Assembly: GCA_963806265.1 (NCBI GenBank)
Contig: CAWDXT010000030.1
Span: forward strand, 21,407 to 85,406
DNA length: 64,000 nucleotides
Direction of reading: 5' to 3'
Source: an uncultured Chloroflexia bacterium
Lineage (GTDB): Bacteria > Chloroflexota > Limnocylindria > Limnocylindrales > CSP1-4
Below the pieces are notes generated by a model. That model did not search any database, was not told the DNA's origin, and worked only from the letters and a program-made list of their open reading frames with translations. A program made the translations under genes and the position numbers. Positions 42,747-54,329 of this stretch are shown here, in pieces (positions within the stretch are counted from its first letter, which is position 1; each line of letters starts with the position of its first letter).

Positions 42747-45700
42747 TCAGGCAGGCGCGCTCCGATCCAGCCCGAGCCTGACCGCGACGGTCGCAGCCTC
42801 CGTCCGTGTCGCGACGCCCAGCTTGCCCAGGATGTTCGAGACGTGCACCCCGGCCGTGCTCTCGGTGATGAACAGGGTCTCGGCGATTCGCCGGTTGGTG
42901 TAGCCGAGGGTGACGAGCTCCAGGACCTCGCGCTCACGGCGGGTCAGCCCGAACGGGTCGGGCGTCAGGGCGGGGGATGCGCGCCCCTGCCCCGGCTCGT
43001 CGATCCCGGCAAGAGGCACCGTGGGCGCCTCGGCGGGCGCGAGGTCGATCCGCAGCTGCCGGCCGAGGCGCTCGATCCTCATCTGCAGCGGCCGCGCGCC
43101 GATCCTCGCGGCGATCTCGTGCGCCTCGCGCAGGTGACCGGCGGCCGCGGCCGCCGCCCGTGTCCCGGTTGCGCCCGACGCCGCGGCCTCCGCCGCCCGC
43201 CACAGGACGTAGGCCTCCCGGAAGGGCGCCGGCCGGGCGGCCACGGCGTCACGGATCGCCATCCATCGGGATGGGTCGTCGTCCCCGGCCGCCCGCGCGA
43301 GCTCCGCCTCGCAGATCGCCATCCGCCACCCGATCTCGCGCTCGGCGAGGGTGTCGCGCTCGACCAGCCGGGCGATCGACGCCGCGTAGCGGCCGATGAC
43401 GTCGCGGGCGCCCTCGACGGCCCGTTCGGCGCCTTCGGGATCGCGCGCGCCCGGGCTCGCGCGGCGAGATCCGCCGCGGCCTGGGTGGCGGGGAGGGCCA
43501 GCTGCCCGAGCACGATCGCGTTGTCCATGCCCACGAGCCTGGCGAAGCCCTCGCAGGGCGATCTTCAGCGCGACGTCCGGCTCGTCGGCCCACAGCGCCA
43601 CCTCGGTGCGGAACGTGTACAGGTCGGTCACGTACTGCGAGTCGTCGACGTGGCTTGCCTCGGACCGCGGCGATCTCGAGGTGGTGCCGGGCGGCTTCAA
43701 GGTCGCCCATTCGGATCGCCGCGTGGGCGAGCGCCGCCCGAAGGTGATACGTGCCGACGCCGGGCAGCACGTCGGTGACGTGCGGTTCCAGCAGCTCCGA
43801 CGCCTCCCGGTAGCGCCCGAGCTCGATCAGATACGCGGCCGCGTTGGTCGCCAGGTAGATCTCGAACCCGACCCGGTCGTAGCGACGGACCGCCTCGAGG
43901 CCCGCGAGCGATGCCTCCAGCGCCGCCTCGCCGAAGCCACCCATCTCGAGCACAGCGCTCAGGTTGATGTAGCTTCGCGGGATCTCGGTCGGGTCGCCGA
44001 TCTCGGATGCGAGCTCGAGCGACCGCCGCAGCAGCTCGATACCGGCCCGATGTTGCCGAGATCTGCTCGATCCACACCCAGCGTGTCGAGCGCTCGCGCC
44101 TCGATGTCAGGTGCGCCGACCTGCCGGGCGAGCTCGATGGCGCGCTCCGCCAGCGGTACCGACTCCGCTGACCGGCCGGCCAGCATCAGGTTGGCGGCGA
44201 GACTGCCGACCACCCGTGCCTGGCTGGCCGAGGGCGGCGCGCCTTCGAACAGCGTTACCGCATCCTCGAGCATTCGGATCGACAGGGCCGTGTCACCGGC
44301 CACCGTGGCCGCGATCCCCAGCCGTTCACGAACCCGGGCCTGCCGCTCCGGGCCTTCGACGGCGCCGGACGCGCCGTCGACCAGCTCGATGGCGCGGCGG
44401 GCAAGCGCGACCGCCCTGGCGCCGTCCCCCACAGTCGTCGCACATTCGCTCGCCGCGTCGTACAGGTCTGCGAGATCCCGGTCGGTCGGTCGATCGGTCA
44501 CCGGTGCGGCGTCCCACATCTCGATCGCGTGCTCGTACTGGCGGCCGGCCTCCGCGAACGCGTAGACCGCCAGGGACGCGTCACCCGCAGCGATCGCTGC
44601 TCGAAGCGCGCGGCCGGGATCGTCGGCGGCGCGCCAGTGATGGGCCAGCTCGGCGAGCCGGCTCGCCGCGGCGCCGCCGGCTCCCGTGGGTCGCGCCTCG
44701 AGGGCCCGGGCACATGCGGCGTGGATGGAGCGCCGCTCCGCGGAGAGCAGCTGCCCGTAGGCGGCCTCCTGGACCAGCGCGTGCCGGAATCGGTACCGGT
44801 CGGGTGCGTCCTGGTCGCTCGTCAGGAGCTGCGCGTCGACGGTCTCGCGCAGGGCGCTCGCGAGGTCCGACGCTGTCAGCCCACAGACCTCGCTCAGGAG
44901 GTCGTGATGCACCTCTCGTCCGATCACGGATGCGGTCTCGATCACCCGGGTGCACGCCGCCGAGCGCCCGGACAGCCGGACGATCAGGACGTCGCGCAGG
45001 GTCCGGGGCAGGCCCCCATGGCGCGGTCGGGTTTCGGCCGCCGCGGCAAGCTCCTCCGCGAAGAAGGCGTTGCCGTCGGAGCGCCGTACGATCGAGTCCA
45101 CCAGGTCCGGAGCCGGTGGCGGTCCGCCGATCGCCGTCAACAGCTCGATCAGCTCGGCTCGCCCGAACCGGGTCAGCTCCAGTCGCTCCACGCTCGCCTG
45201 GCGCTCCATCTCGGCCAGCCACGGCGTGAGGGGATGACGCGAGTTCAGATCGTCGATCCGGAACGTCCCCACGACGAGCAACCGCTCGTCGCGCACGTTG
45301 CGGGCCAGGAAGGCGAGCAGGTCGCGCGTGGAGCGGTCCGCCCAGTTGAGGTCCTCGATGACCACCAGCACCGGCGTGTCCTCGCCCAGGCTGCGGAGCA
45401 GGTGGAGGATGCCCTCGAAGATCCGGACCCTGAGCCACTCGGCCGGCCCGGACGGCGGCGGCGTGTCGCGTGCGACACCAGCGAGCTCGGGGACCAGGAC
45501 CGACAGGTCGGCCAGGCTCGCGCCGGCCGCCGACACGATGCGCTCGGGATCCACCTTGCGGACCAGGCTGCGCATCGCCTCGACGAGGGGTCCGAACGGC
45601 AGCCCATCGTCACCCATCGCGACGGCGCCGCCCTCCAGGAGCAGCCAGCCGTCTTCGCCCAGGCGCTCGGCAACCTCGGTGACGAGCCGGCTCTTGCCGA

Positions 45701-45827
45701 TGCCGGCCTCACCTGAGATGAGCAGGAGCGATGGATGTCCGCGCGCGGCGGCATTGGCCACCGCCAGGACCGAGCTGAGCTCCTTCGAGCGACCGATGAA
45801 GTGTGGGCTGGACAGGCGCCGCGCCAT
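42747..45827 (-). CDS. AAA_16/MalT-like STAND ATPase with C-terminal LuxR HTH; indels near 44040 and 43510
   Basis: FIGRSKEL, GEAGIGKS, VIEDLNWAD, SDGNAFF, FRHAL; LTRREREVL...TAGVHVSNILGKL. Confidence 0.85.
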
Positions 45828-45902
45828 CACGCGGATGATAGGCCCTGCTCGCGTTCCCCCCTGTGCGAGCAGGGCCTATGTGGTGAGCGACACCGGCCCG
45901 TG

Positions 45903-46142
45903 TCAGCTGCCCGCTGCCCCGTGCGGGCGTGACACGCTGGCGGAGCCACCCAGGTGCAGGTGCGAGATCGTGGCGCCGGCCCGCCGGAACACCCCGGCGA
46001 CCAGGCTGATGCCGCCCCGGGCGGCGCCCGGTGCTGCGGCCTGGCCATCGCGCGCGGCGCGCTCGAGCGCCCGCTGGGCCATCGCGCGCTCGCGATCCTG
46101 CTCGATCATTCTCAGGTACTGGTTCGGGTTGACGTTCAGCAT
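45903..46142 (-). CDS. Small hypothetical protein upstream of the LuxR-STAND gene
   Basis: 79-aa ORF MLNVNPNQYLRMIEQDRERAMAQR... with GGGAG RBS. Confidence 0.5.
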   Translation of the reverse strand: MLNVNPNQYLRMIEQDRERAMAQRALERAARDGQAAAPGAARGGISLVAGVFRRAGATISHLHLGGSASVSRPHGAAGS

Positions 46143-46484
46143 GGCGATCTCCCGTGTGGGTCGCCCTCCTGCGGTGGGGCGCATTCGGAACGCTATGGGA
46201 GCAGCGTGTCGGGCCGCATCTGGTGATCACTGGATTTCGGACCGCCGCGACCCTTTATTTCAGCCGCCGAAGGCGCCCGGGATGCGCCCGGGATGCGCCC
46301 GGAATCCGCCGACCCTTTAGGCGAACCTCGCTCCGGGCCGGACGGCCGGACCGCGCCCGGGCCCGAGCACGGACGCGCCGACGGTGCGATGCTCTGGGGG
46401 ACGCCCTGGTGGCGGCCGCTCAAGCGTCCGCGACCCGCGTACCCGGTGGCGTCGCCGGTCTGTCCGAGGACGCAAGGGACGCGC

Positions 46485-47654
46485 ATGATCACCGAGCAAC
46501 ACCTCACCTTCGGCTTCCCCCGCATGTACAACGAGCCCGGCGAGCGCCGCGCATTCCTGCCCGGCCTGATCGGGCTGATCGCGGACATGGGTGTGGACGT
46601 GTACATCGAGGCGGGCTACGGCTCTGCCATGGGCATCGACGACGAGCACTACCTCGAAGCATCGCCCAACGTGCATGTCGTCGACGAGGCGACGGCCTAC
46701 CAGCAGGAGGCGGTGGTCATCCTGCGCGCTCCCGAGGGTCGCTACGAGCTGCTCCGCCCGGGCGCGATCCTGCTCTCGATGCTGCACTTCACGACCCGGC
46801 CCGAACGGGTCGAGCTTCTTCACCAGCTGCGCATCGAAGCCGTGGCGCTCGACATGGTCACCGGCGATGACGGCCGGCGTCTGGTGCAGAACCTGCGCGA
46901 TGTGGCCCGCAACGGCCTGGCCACCGCGTTCGACGCGCTGGAGGAGCGGTGGCCGCCGCTCATGTCCGGGGATCGCGACCCTGTCTCGGTCACCATCCTC
47001 GGGGCCGGTGGTGTCGGCAAGCACGCCATCGAATGGGCCGCAAGGGCCGGCGACGAGGAGCGCAACCAGCAGCTGATGCGCGACGGGCTGCCCGGGGTCG
47101 AGGTCGTGGTCGCCGAGCAGAACCTCGCCGGCAACGAGGCGTACTTCCGCCGCCGATTCGAGCGAACCGACATCCTCGTCGATGCCACGGCGCGGCCGGA
47201 CACCTCGAAGCCGCTGTTTCCGAACAGCTGGCTGCGCTGGCTGCCCGAGCATGCCGTGATCTGCGATCTGTCCGTGGACCCGTACCTCCCCAACGATGAC
47301 CCGCCGGTCGTCAAGGGCATCGAGGGCATCCCCCAGGGCAACCTCGATCAGTGGGTGTTCGATCCCGACGACCCCGCGTGGGATCGCCTTCCCCCCGGTG
47401 TGCCAACGACCAACCGGCGAACCGTTGTCTCCTGCTACTCATGGCCCGGCGTGCGCCCGAAGGAGTGCATGGAGGAATATGGGTCACAGGTGACCCCGCT
47501 GCTCAAGACGCTCGTCTGGTACGGCGGGTTGGCGGCGATCAGGCCCGACGTCTCGTTCCACGGTCGTGCGCTGTGGCGCGGCAGCCTCCGCAGGTTCCTC
47601 GGGGAGCCGCCCGTTCCGCGTCTCGCCGCCGCCTCGAGCCTGCTGCCCGGCTGA
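46485..47654 (+). CDS. AlaDH/PNT-superfamily dehydrogenase (N5-carboxyethylornithine synthase / saccharopine-DH-like)
   Basis: FPRMYNEPGERRAFLP, IEAGYG, LLSMLH, ILGAGGVG, CDLSVDP, SWPGVRP. Confidence 0.7.
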   Translation: MITEQHLTFGFPRMYNEPGERRAFLPGLIGLIADMGVDVYIEAGYGSAMGIDDEHYLEASPNVHVVDEATAYQQEAVVILRAPEGRYELLRPGAILLSMLHFTTRPERVELLHQLRIEAVALDMVTGDDGRRLVQNLRDVARNGLATAFDALEERWPPLMSGDRDPVSVTILGAGGVGKHAIEWAARAGDEERNQQLMRDGLPGVEVVVAEQNLAGNEAYFRRRFERTDILVDATARPDTSKPLFPNSWLRWLPEHAVICDLSVDPYLPNDDPPVVKGIEGIPQGNLDQWVFDPDDPAWDRLPPGVPTTNRRTVVSCYSWPGVRPKECMEEYGSQVTPLLKTLVWYGGLAAIRPDVSFHGRALWRGSLRRFLGEPPVPRLAAASSLLPG

Positions 47655-47780
47655 TCCCCGGCCGGCGTCCCGACCCGGGCTGCGCCGCGGTCTGAGCCCC
47701 CGACCCGCATTCCAGCACGCGGTGCTCCGGCAGGCGTCCCGCACCGGCACGCGGTACCGCTCCTCAGCCCTTGGAGCCTT

Positions 47781-47971
47781 CGATCTATTGGTGACACGAT
47801 TAGAAAGGCACCAGTCCGATGCCCTGTCGACGCCGGTGTCCGCGCATGTCCCTGCCCAGGCCGCTTTGATACCTGCCGAGCATGCATAACCCGCTGCGTC
47901 AGGCGCACCAGCGAAGATCGGGCGCCGAACGAAGCGTTTGGCACCTGGCTAAGGGTGTCACCCATATCTCG
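47781..47971. repeat. 191-bp intergenic element bounded by 33-bp imperfect inverted repeats
   Basis: 47781-47813 matches the reverse complement of 47939-47971 at 24/33 positions; core TATtGGTGACACgaTTAG vs TATgGGTGACACccTTAG. Confidence 0.55.
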
Positions 47972-48287
47972 TCCGCCACGGGCCGCCCGCCTCGCCATGG
48001 ATCGCCACGGATCGCGTTGCCGGCCCGCCCCACCTATCGGCGCCGCCGACTTGCGCTCCGGCACACCGATCGCCAGCCAGCGGCCATCCCCGGAACGCCC
48101 GCCAGGCAGCGCTGCTCGTGTCGGGGCGACCTCGAGGATGACGAGCTGCTGGGACGACGGGGCGACGGGCTGCCGGGACGAAGGAGCGACGGGACGACGC
48201 GGGTGGTCGTCTGATTGGCAGGCGGCTTCCGGCGGCGTGCTGTCGATCAAACCGCGCTCGATACCGTGGGGTAATCTGCGGGGCACC

Positions 48288-51200
48288 GTGACCTGTCCCA
48301 GCTGCGGAACCTCCAATCCGGCCGAGAGTCGTTTCTGCCTCGAATGCGGCACGCCTCTTGGCGGCTGCCCGTCGTGTGGCACGGTCAATCCACCGACGGC
48401 CAAGTTCTGCGGCAACTGTGGAACGCGGCTGTCACCGACGGCCGTTGCCGGCCTGGGCGGCCCACTGGCGACCGTGCCGCTTGGTGCCGTCCCAGGCGGA
48501 GCCACCCCAGGCGCAGCCACCGCCAGCAGCGCTGTCCCCAGCGGCGCCACCCCCGAAGCTTCCGTCCCCGGCGTGACCGCGCACCACGCGACGGCAGCCA
48601 GCCCGACAGCCCTCACCTCGCCCTGGGACCCCACCACCACGACCGAGCGCCGGATGGTCAGCGTGCTGTTCGCGGACCTCGTCGGCTTCACGGCGCTGTC
48701 CGCGTCCCGCGATCCCGAGGCCATCCGTGACATCCAGGACCGCTACTTCGAGCACACGAGCGAGATCATCAGCCGCTACGGCGGCACCGTGGAGAAGTTC
48801 ATCGGCGACGCGGTGATGGCGATGTGGGGCGCCCCGGTCGCGCACGAGGACGATGCCGAGCGCGCGGTCCGGGCGGCGCTCGACCTCGTGGACATGATCC
48901 CTGCGCTCGGGCGCGAGGCCGGCGTCGACCTCCAGCTCCGTGCAGGTGTGCTGACCGGCGAGGCGGCGGTCGGCCTCGGTGGCGAGGGCCAGGGGATGGT
49001 CACCGGAGACATGGTCAACACGGCATCCCGTCTTCAGTCGGTGGCGGCCCCCGGCACCGTGCTCGTCGGCGCTGACACGCGCCTCGCCGCCGAGTCCGCG
49101 ATCGCGTTCGAGCCGGCTGGAGACCAGGAGCTGAAGGGCAAGCCGGCCCCAGTGCCGTCCTGGCGCGCGGTTCGAGTCCTCGCAGAGCGCGGCGGCGCCC
49201 GTCGGTCGGATGCGCTCGAGCCGCCGTTCGTGGGCCGGGCGGAGGAGCTCCAATTCCTCAAGGAGCAGTTTCACGCGACTGGCCGCGAGCAGCGGGCTCG
49301 GCTGATCTCGCTGGTCGGCCAGGCCGGGATCGGCAAGACGCGACTCGCCTGGGAGCTCGAGAAGTACCTCGACGGCGTGGTCGAGAACGTCTATTGGCAC
49401 CGGGGCCGAGCGCCCTCGTACGGCGAAGGGGTCACATTCTGGGCGCTGAGCGAGATGATCCGCCGGCGGGCGGGCCTGGCTGAGGGGGACGACCCGGAGA
49501 CGACCCGCAGCGCGGTCGCGGCCATGGTCGCGGAGCACGTCCCGGATCCGGCCGAACGCGCCTGGATCGAACCTCGTCTGAACACCCTGCTGGGAGTGGC
49601 CGATTCCGTCTCCGGCGGGCACGAGGAGCTGTTTGCCGCCTGGCGCACGTTCTTCGAGCGGCTGGCGAAGGGCGGTACGGTGGCGCTCGTGATCGAGGAC
49701 CTGCAGTGGTCCGACGATGGCCTGCTCGACTTCCTCGAGCACCTGCTCGACTGGGCGCGCACCAGCCCCATCTTCGTGCTCACCCTCGGGCGTCCCGAGC
49801 TGCTCGAACGACGTCCTGGCTGGGGCTCCAACCGCCGCGGCGCGGTCTCGATGCGCCTCGAGCCACTCACCGACGAGGCCATTCGCGAGCTGCTCAAGGG
49901 CCTGGTCCCCGGTTTGCCCGAGTCGATCGTTCGGCGCGTCGTCGAGCGGGCGGACGGCATCCCGCTGTATGCGGTTGAAACCGTCAGGATGCTGCAGGCA
50001 TCGGGCCGGCTGGTCGAGCGGGACGGTCGCCTGACGGCGGCAGCCTCCATCGCCGAGCTCGAGGTCCCGCCCACGCTCCACGCGCTCGTTGCGGCGCGAC
50101 TCGACGGACTACCTCCGGGCGATCGGTCACTGCTCCAGGCCGCAGCGGTGCTGGGCCAGTCATTCACCGCGGAGGCACTGTCGGCGATGACCGGCGACCC
50201 GGTGGATGAGCTCGCGCAACGCCTCACATCGCTGGTCCGCCGCGAGGTGCTGACGATCGAGACCGATCCACGCGCACCGACCCGCGGACAGTACGCGTTT
50301 GTCCAGGGCCTCGTCCGCGAGGTTGCGTACTCAACGCTCTCCCGGCGGGATCGTCGAGCGCGCCATCTGACGGCCGCCCGCTACTTCGAGACCCTGGTTG
50401 ACGAGGAGCTCGCGGGGGCGGTCGCAACGCACTTCGTGGCCGCCTATCGTGCGGCCCCGGACGGGCCCGAGGGCGAGGCCGTCGGCAACCAGGCGCGGAT
50501 CGCGCTGCTCGCCACGGCGGATCGTGCCGAGCGGCTGGGTGCCCTGACGCAGGCGATCGAGGCGCTGCGCCAGGCGGCGGAGGTCAGTCGTGAGCCAACG
50601 GCGCGTGCCCTGATCCTCGAGCGGCTGGGCGGGATCTCCACCGAAGCGTCACGCGTCGACGATAGCGCTGCCGCGCTCAATGAGGCCATCGGCCTGTTCG
50701 AGCAGGCCGGCGACCGGGTGGGCGTCATCCGGGCGACGGCCTGGCTCGTGCTGGCCTACCAGGCGGCTGGACGGATCGCGGAGGCGGAGGACCAGGCCGC
50801 TGCGATCGAAGGCGAGGGCGAGGCGCTCGTCGACGCGGTCATCGAGACCGGCGCACTGGCCGATCGGACACGAGGAGAGGCGGCTGCCATCTTCGCCGAG
50901 TCTGTCGGCCGGCTGCGGTTCCGTCAGCAGGCATTCGACGACTCGATCGCGTGGTGTGACCGGGCGCTCCGCCTGGCGGGCCCGCTACGGTTGGACGCGG
51001 TGATCGCGCAGGCGCTGACGACCAAGGGCACCGCGCTCGGCGTGGGCGGCCGTCATCGCGAGGGTGCCGCCCTGCTGCAGGGCGCCCTGCTCGATTCGCG
51101 GGCACACGGCGTCCATGATGCGGCCCTGCGCGCGACGAACAACCTCGCATCCTTCCTGACCAGGACCGATCCGCGTGCAGCGCTGGAACGGGTGCGCGAG

Positions 51201-52022
51201 GGCCTGGAGCTTGCGCACCGCCTGGGGCATCGGGCGTTCGACGGCTACCTCGCCGGCAACGCGGTCGGTGCGGCCCTCCAGACGGGCGACTTCGACCTGG
51301 TCGTCGGGTGGACGTCGGACATGCTCGAGGACGATCCCGATCGCGACGACCGGGCGTGGATCCACTTCTGCCAGGGCCTCGCGGATCCGTGGCGGGGGAC
51401 GGCTGACATCGAGCGGGCCCAGGGGTTCCTGGACGCGGCGCGGCGAGAGCACGACGCACAGTCGGAGGCCAACACGCTCAGCTATCTCGCCGAGATTGCG
51501 TGGTCGGCCGGTCGGATCGAGGAGGCGGCTGATCTGTCAGAGGCTCGGCTGGCCGTGGACCTTCCGGCCTTCGCCTCTGATCGCTCCGGCGCCTCACTTC
51601 TGGCGGCAGGACGCCTCGATGCCGTGCGACGGTTGCTGCTGCAGCTCGCCGATGGTGCTGACGGGTCGTCCGACTTCCAACGAGCCGCGCTGGAAGCCAG
51701 CCTGCTGGCGGTGGAAGACCGTCCCCAGGAGGCCGCTTCCCTGTACCGATCCGCGGTGTCCGGGCTGCGTGAGCTGGGCTGCCGGTTCAGCGTTGCGCTC
51801 ACCATCTTCGACATGCTGACGTTCCTCGGGTCCGACGAGCCGTCGGTTCGATCGCTGCTGCCGGAGGGACGCGAGATCCTCGTCGACCTGAAGGCGACGG
51901 TGCTGCTGGACCGATTGGATCGGCTTGCCGTGGCCGGTAGCTCGAGCGAGCGCCCGTCGGCCGAACGCTCCTCGGCCGAGGAGGACGCCCTCGAACCCGA
52001 GGCCGGTGCCCGTCCGTCCTGA
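48288..52022 (+). CDS. Double zinc ribbon + class III adenylate/guanylate cyclase + AAA ATPase + TPR protein
   Basis: CPSCG..N...FCLECG and CPSCG..N...FCGNCG; [23 protein letters not shown]; [14 protein letters not shown]; intact ORF. Confidence 0.9.
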   Translation: MTCPSCGTSNPAESRFCLECGTPLGGCPSCGTVNPPTAKFCGNCGTRLSPTAVAGLGGPLATVPLGAVPGGATPGAATASSAVPSGATPEASVPGVTAHHATAASPTALTSPWDPTTTTERRMVSVLFADLVGFTALSASRDPEAIRDIQDRYFEHTSEIISRYGGTVEKFIGDAVMAMWGAPVAHEDDAERAVRAALDLVDMIPALGREAGVDLQLRAGVLTGEAAVGLGGEGQGMVTGDMVNTASRLQSVAAPGTVLVGADTRLAAESAIAFEPAGDQELKGKPAPVPSWRAVRVLAERGGARRSDALEPPFVGRAEELQFLKEQFHATGREQRARLISLVGQAGIGKTRLAWELEKYLDGVVENVYWHRGRAPSYGEGVTFWALSEMIRRRAGLAEGDDPETTRSAVAAMVAEHVPDPAERAWIEPRLNTLLGVADSVSGGHEELFAAWRTFFERLAKGGTVALVIEDLQWSDDGLLDFLEHLLDWARTSPIFVLTLGRPELLERRPGWGSNRRGAVSMRLEPLTDEAIRELLKGLVPGLPESIVRRVVERADGIPLYAVETVRMLQASGRLVERDGRLTAAASIAELEVPPTLHALVAARLDGLPPGDRSLLQAAAVLGQSFTAEALSAMTGDPVDELAQRLTSLVRREVLTIETDPRAPTRGQYAFVQGLVREVAYSTLSRRDRRARHLTAARYFETLVDEELAGAVATHFVAAYRAAPDGPEGEAVGNQARIALLATADRAERLGALTQAIEALRQAAEVSREPTARALILERLGGISTEASRVDDSAAALNEAIGLFEQAGDRVGVIRATAWLVLAYQAAGRIAEAEDQAAAIEGEGEALVDAVIETGALADRTRGEAAAIFAESVGRLRFRQQAFDDSIAWCDRALRLAGPLRLDAVIAQALTTKGTALGVGGRHREGAALLQGALLDSRAHGVHDAALRATNNLASFLTRTDPRAALERVREGLELAHRLGHRAFDGYLAGNAVGAALQTGDFDLVVGWTSDMLEDDPDRDDRAWIHFCQGLADPWRGTADIERAQGFLDAARREHDAQSEANTLSYLAEIAWSAGRIEEAADLSEARLAVDLPAFASDRSGASLLAAGRLDAVRRLLLQLADGADGSSDFQRAALEASLLAVEDRPQEAASLYRSAVSGLRELGCRFSVALTIFDMLTFLGSDEPSVRSLLPEGREILVDLKATVLLDRLDRLAVAGSSSERPSAERSSAEEDALEPEAGARPS

Positions 52023-52178
52023 GCGACCCGAGTCGGCTGGTCATTGCCATCGTCGCCCGCCGCCGGGCCCAACGGCACTGTCCATGACCCGGGTGGTCGC
52101 CCGTACCCTCGGACCCGCGCGATCACCGAACCGCCCGAACCCGCGGGTCGGACGCGCTGCACCAAGGAGTGCTCAACG

Positions 52179-52658
52179 ATGCCCACGGTCGATGCGGCCA
52201 TCAACGACTTCCTGGACCACAGGCGCATCGCCGTCGCCGGCGTCTCGCGCGATCCGAAGGGCCCCCACGGCGGCAACGTCGTCTATCGTCGGTTGAAGGA
52301 GCGAGGCTACGAGGTGTTCGCGGTCAACCCGAACGCGGACATGGTCGAAGGCGACCGGTGCTACCGGAACCTGGCCGCGATCCCGGGTGGCGTCGATGGC
52401 GTCGTGATCGCAACGACGCCCGCGGTCGCACCCTCGGTCGTGGCCGAGTGCAAGGAGCTGGGGATCAGCCGAGTGTGGATGCACCGCTCGTTCGGCGGCG
52501 GCAGCGTCTCGAAGGAGGCGCACGAGGATTGTCGGGCGAACGGCATCACGTGCATCGCCGGCGGCTGCCCGCTGATGTACGGGCCAACGTCGGACGGCGG
52601 CCACCGCTTCATGCGCCGTATCGCCGGCCTGATCGGCGCGCTGCCCCGGCAGGTCTGA
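52179..52658 (+). CDS. CoA-binding protein (YccU-like)
   Basis: IAVAGVSRDP, YEVFAVNP, VWMHRSFGGGS, GGCPLMY; AAGGAG RBS. Confidence 0.85.
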   Translation: MPTVDAAINDFLDHRRIAVAGVSRDPKGPHGGNVVYRRLKERGYEVFAVNPNADMVEGDRCYRNLAAIPGGVDGVVIATTPAVAPSVVAECKELGISRVWMHRSFGGGSVSKEAHEDCRANGITCIAGGCPLMYGPTSDGGHRFMRRIAGLIGALPRQV

Positions 52659-52807
52659 CGGGCGCCGAACCCAAACCAGTGGGCGGTCGCGCCAGGGCGG
52701 CACAGGGCGAGCCGACCCAATCGGAGGTCCTTCGCGAGCGCTTCTCGCGGGTTCCCTGGCGCCGGGCCCTTGGCGACGCGATCCGCGGCATGGCCGGTCG
52801 CGGGCCG

Positions 52808-54109
52808 ATGGCGCTTCCGAACCGGCTCGAGGGCGCCGTGCTCGGCCAGCTGGTCGCGGCGGTCGGTGGTGACGATGAGAGCGGTGGCACCCTGCTCGAC
52901 GAGCTCGAGATGCTGCTGGACCGTTTCGGGTCGCCTGGGCAGCGGACGGCCGCCACCTCGCCCTCGCGGCGCATCGCCCCCTCGCCCGACCTCGCTCTCG
53001 CCGCAGCCCTTGTCCTGCGCGATTCGCCGGTCGCCGAGATGGCCGCGTCGGCGGTGTCCGCGGCGAGCGGTCCGTCCGCGGATCCATCCGCCGCCGAGAG
53101 CGCCCTGCTGTATGCGCTGGTCGTTCGGCGCATCGTCCGGGGCGAACGCAACCGGCGTTCGGCACTGGCTCACGCCCGCCGGGATGCGACTCGGCAGGAC
53201 GTCGGTCCCGTCCGAGGCGTGACGGGGGCGGGCACGGCCACGATCTTCGAGACGGCATGGCGCCCGTTCGAGCGTGCGAGCGATGCGCTCGACGCCCTGG
53301 GGGGAGCCGCTGCCATAGGCACGTCCGGCTCTGCCCCCGGCACCTCCGGCACTGCGCCCGGCGCTTCAGGCAACGCCCTCGGCGCTTCCCGCGCCGCCGC
53401 GGTGGCGATGGTCGGCGGGCTCGCGGGCGGCCTGTGGGGAAGCTCCGGTCTTCCGGTCGCGGCACGCGGGTGCGTCGCAGCATCCGCGCGGGCGCGGCAG
53501 CTCGTCGATCGGCTCATCGAGACCGATGACCCGGCGCGGGATGGACGCGCGTGGCAGACCTCGACCTCGGCCCCGCTTGAGGTGTGTCGTGTCGATGTGT
53601 CGGGCGCCGAGCCTGCGGTTGGCGGTTGGATCGGGATCACGCCGCTGCCCGGCCGGCGGTACGTCGCGTACCACACCGGTGCGCATTGGCGCGACCTCGA
53701 CACCGACGTCCGGCGGCTTCGCGCGCTGGGCACCGATCTCGTGTTCCTGCTCGTCGAGGACCGGGAGCTCGTCCGGTGCCGCGTCACCGGGATCGCGAAC
53801 GTGCTGGGCGATCACGGCATCGCCGTCGTGTGGCACCCGATCCGCGACCCGCTGGTGCCACGCGATCTGCCCGGCTTCCGAGCGGCCGTCAGCGCGGTGC
53901 TCGGGGAGGTTCGCCGTGGCCGGCACGTCGCCGTCGTCTGCCGCGGGGGTCTCGATCGATCCGGCATGGCCGCCGCGTGCCTGCTTCGGGAGGCGGGTCT
54001 CGATGGCCCCACGTCGATCGAGCGCGTCCAGGTGGCCCGGCCCGGCGCGCTCGCTCTGCCCGATCAGCAGGCGTTCGTCCGAGCCTGGCCGGTCTCCGCG
54101 AGCAGCTGA
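52808..54109 (+). CDS. Degenerate ADP-ribosylglycohydrolase-like domain fused to a CDKN3/dual-specificity Cys phosphatase
   Basis: RLEGAVLG and VGGLAGGLWG...LP frame the ARH-like part; WQTSTSAPLEV, RDLDTDVRRL, HPIRD and the CX5R loop VCRGGLDRSG. Confidence 0.7.
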   Translation: MALPNRLEGAVLGQLVAAVGGDDESGGTLLDELEMLLDRFGSPGQRTAATSPSRRIAPSPDLALAAALVLRDSPVAEMAASAVSAASGPSADPSAAESALLYALVVRRIVRGERNRRSALAHARRDATRQDVGPVRGVTGAGTATIFETAWRPFERASDALDALGGAAAIGTSGSAPGTSGTAPGASGNALGASRAAAVAMVGGLAGGLWGSSGLPVAARGCVAASARARQLVDRLIETDDPARDGRAWQTSTSAPLEVCRVDVSGAEPAVGGWIGITPLPGRRYVAYHTGAHWRDLDTDVRRLRALGTDLVFLLVEDRELVRCRVTGIANVLGDHGIAVVWHPIRDPLVPRDLPGFRAAVSAVLGEVRRGRHVAVVCRGGLDRSGMAAACLLREAGLDGPTSIERVQVARPGALALPDQQAFVRAWPVSASS

Positions 54110-54329
54110 GGCGGCCCGGCGCGCGGGAGCCGATCCGTCGTCCCCGGTTCGGCGGACAAGACCCAGGCTCGACCAGCAGAGGCCGCTCAAATGCTGCGAA
54201 GCAGGGCGAGGCGCATACTCCGCGTGCCGGACGGCGGAGGGGTCGAGGCCGAGGCCCGGGGAGCCCGTGGGGCGAGATGGGCCCGTGGGACGAGAGGAGC
54301 CTGTGGAGCAAGCACATACACCCGGGTTG

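Noticed and set aside
46272-46305. Short gcgcccgggat tandem (about 2.5 copies) and two GACCCTTTA copies nearby
   Set aside because: Too short and GC-rich to distinguish from chance; no supporting context
47655-48287. Known riboswitch (cobalamin, TPP, SAM, c-di-GMP, c-di-AMP) in the long intergenic gap
   Set aside because: I could not find the conserved cores by eye on either strand; only the inverted repeat is reported, and an Infernal search would be decisive
52169-52807. N-terminal extension of the 646-aa ARH-phosphatase ORF
   Set aside because: Overlaps the genuine CoA-binding gene in another frame; the real start is probably ATG 52808
54264-54317. Degenerate 18-bp x3 repeat upstream of DUF2652
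   Set aside because: Probably a low-complexity N-terminal extension or UTR; no functional evidence
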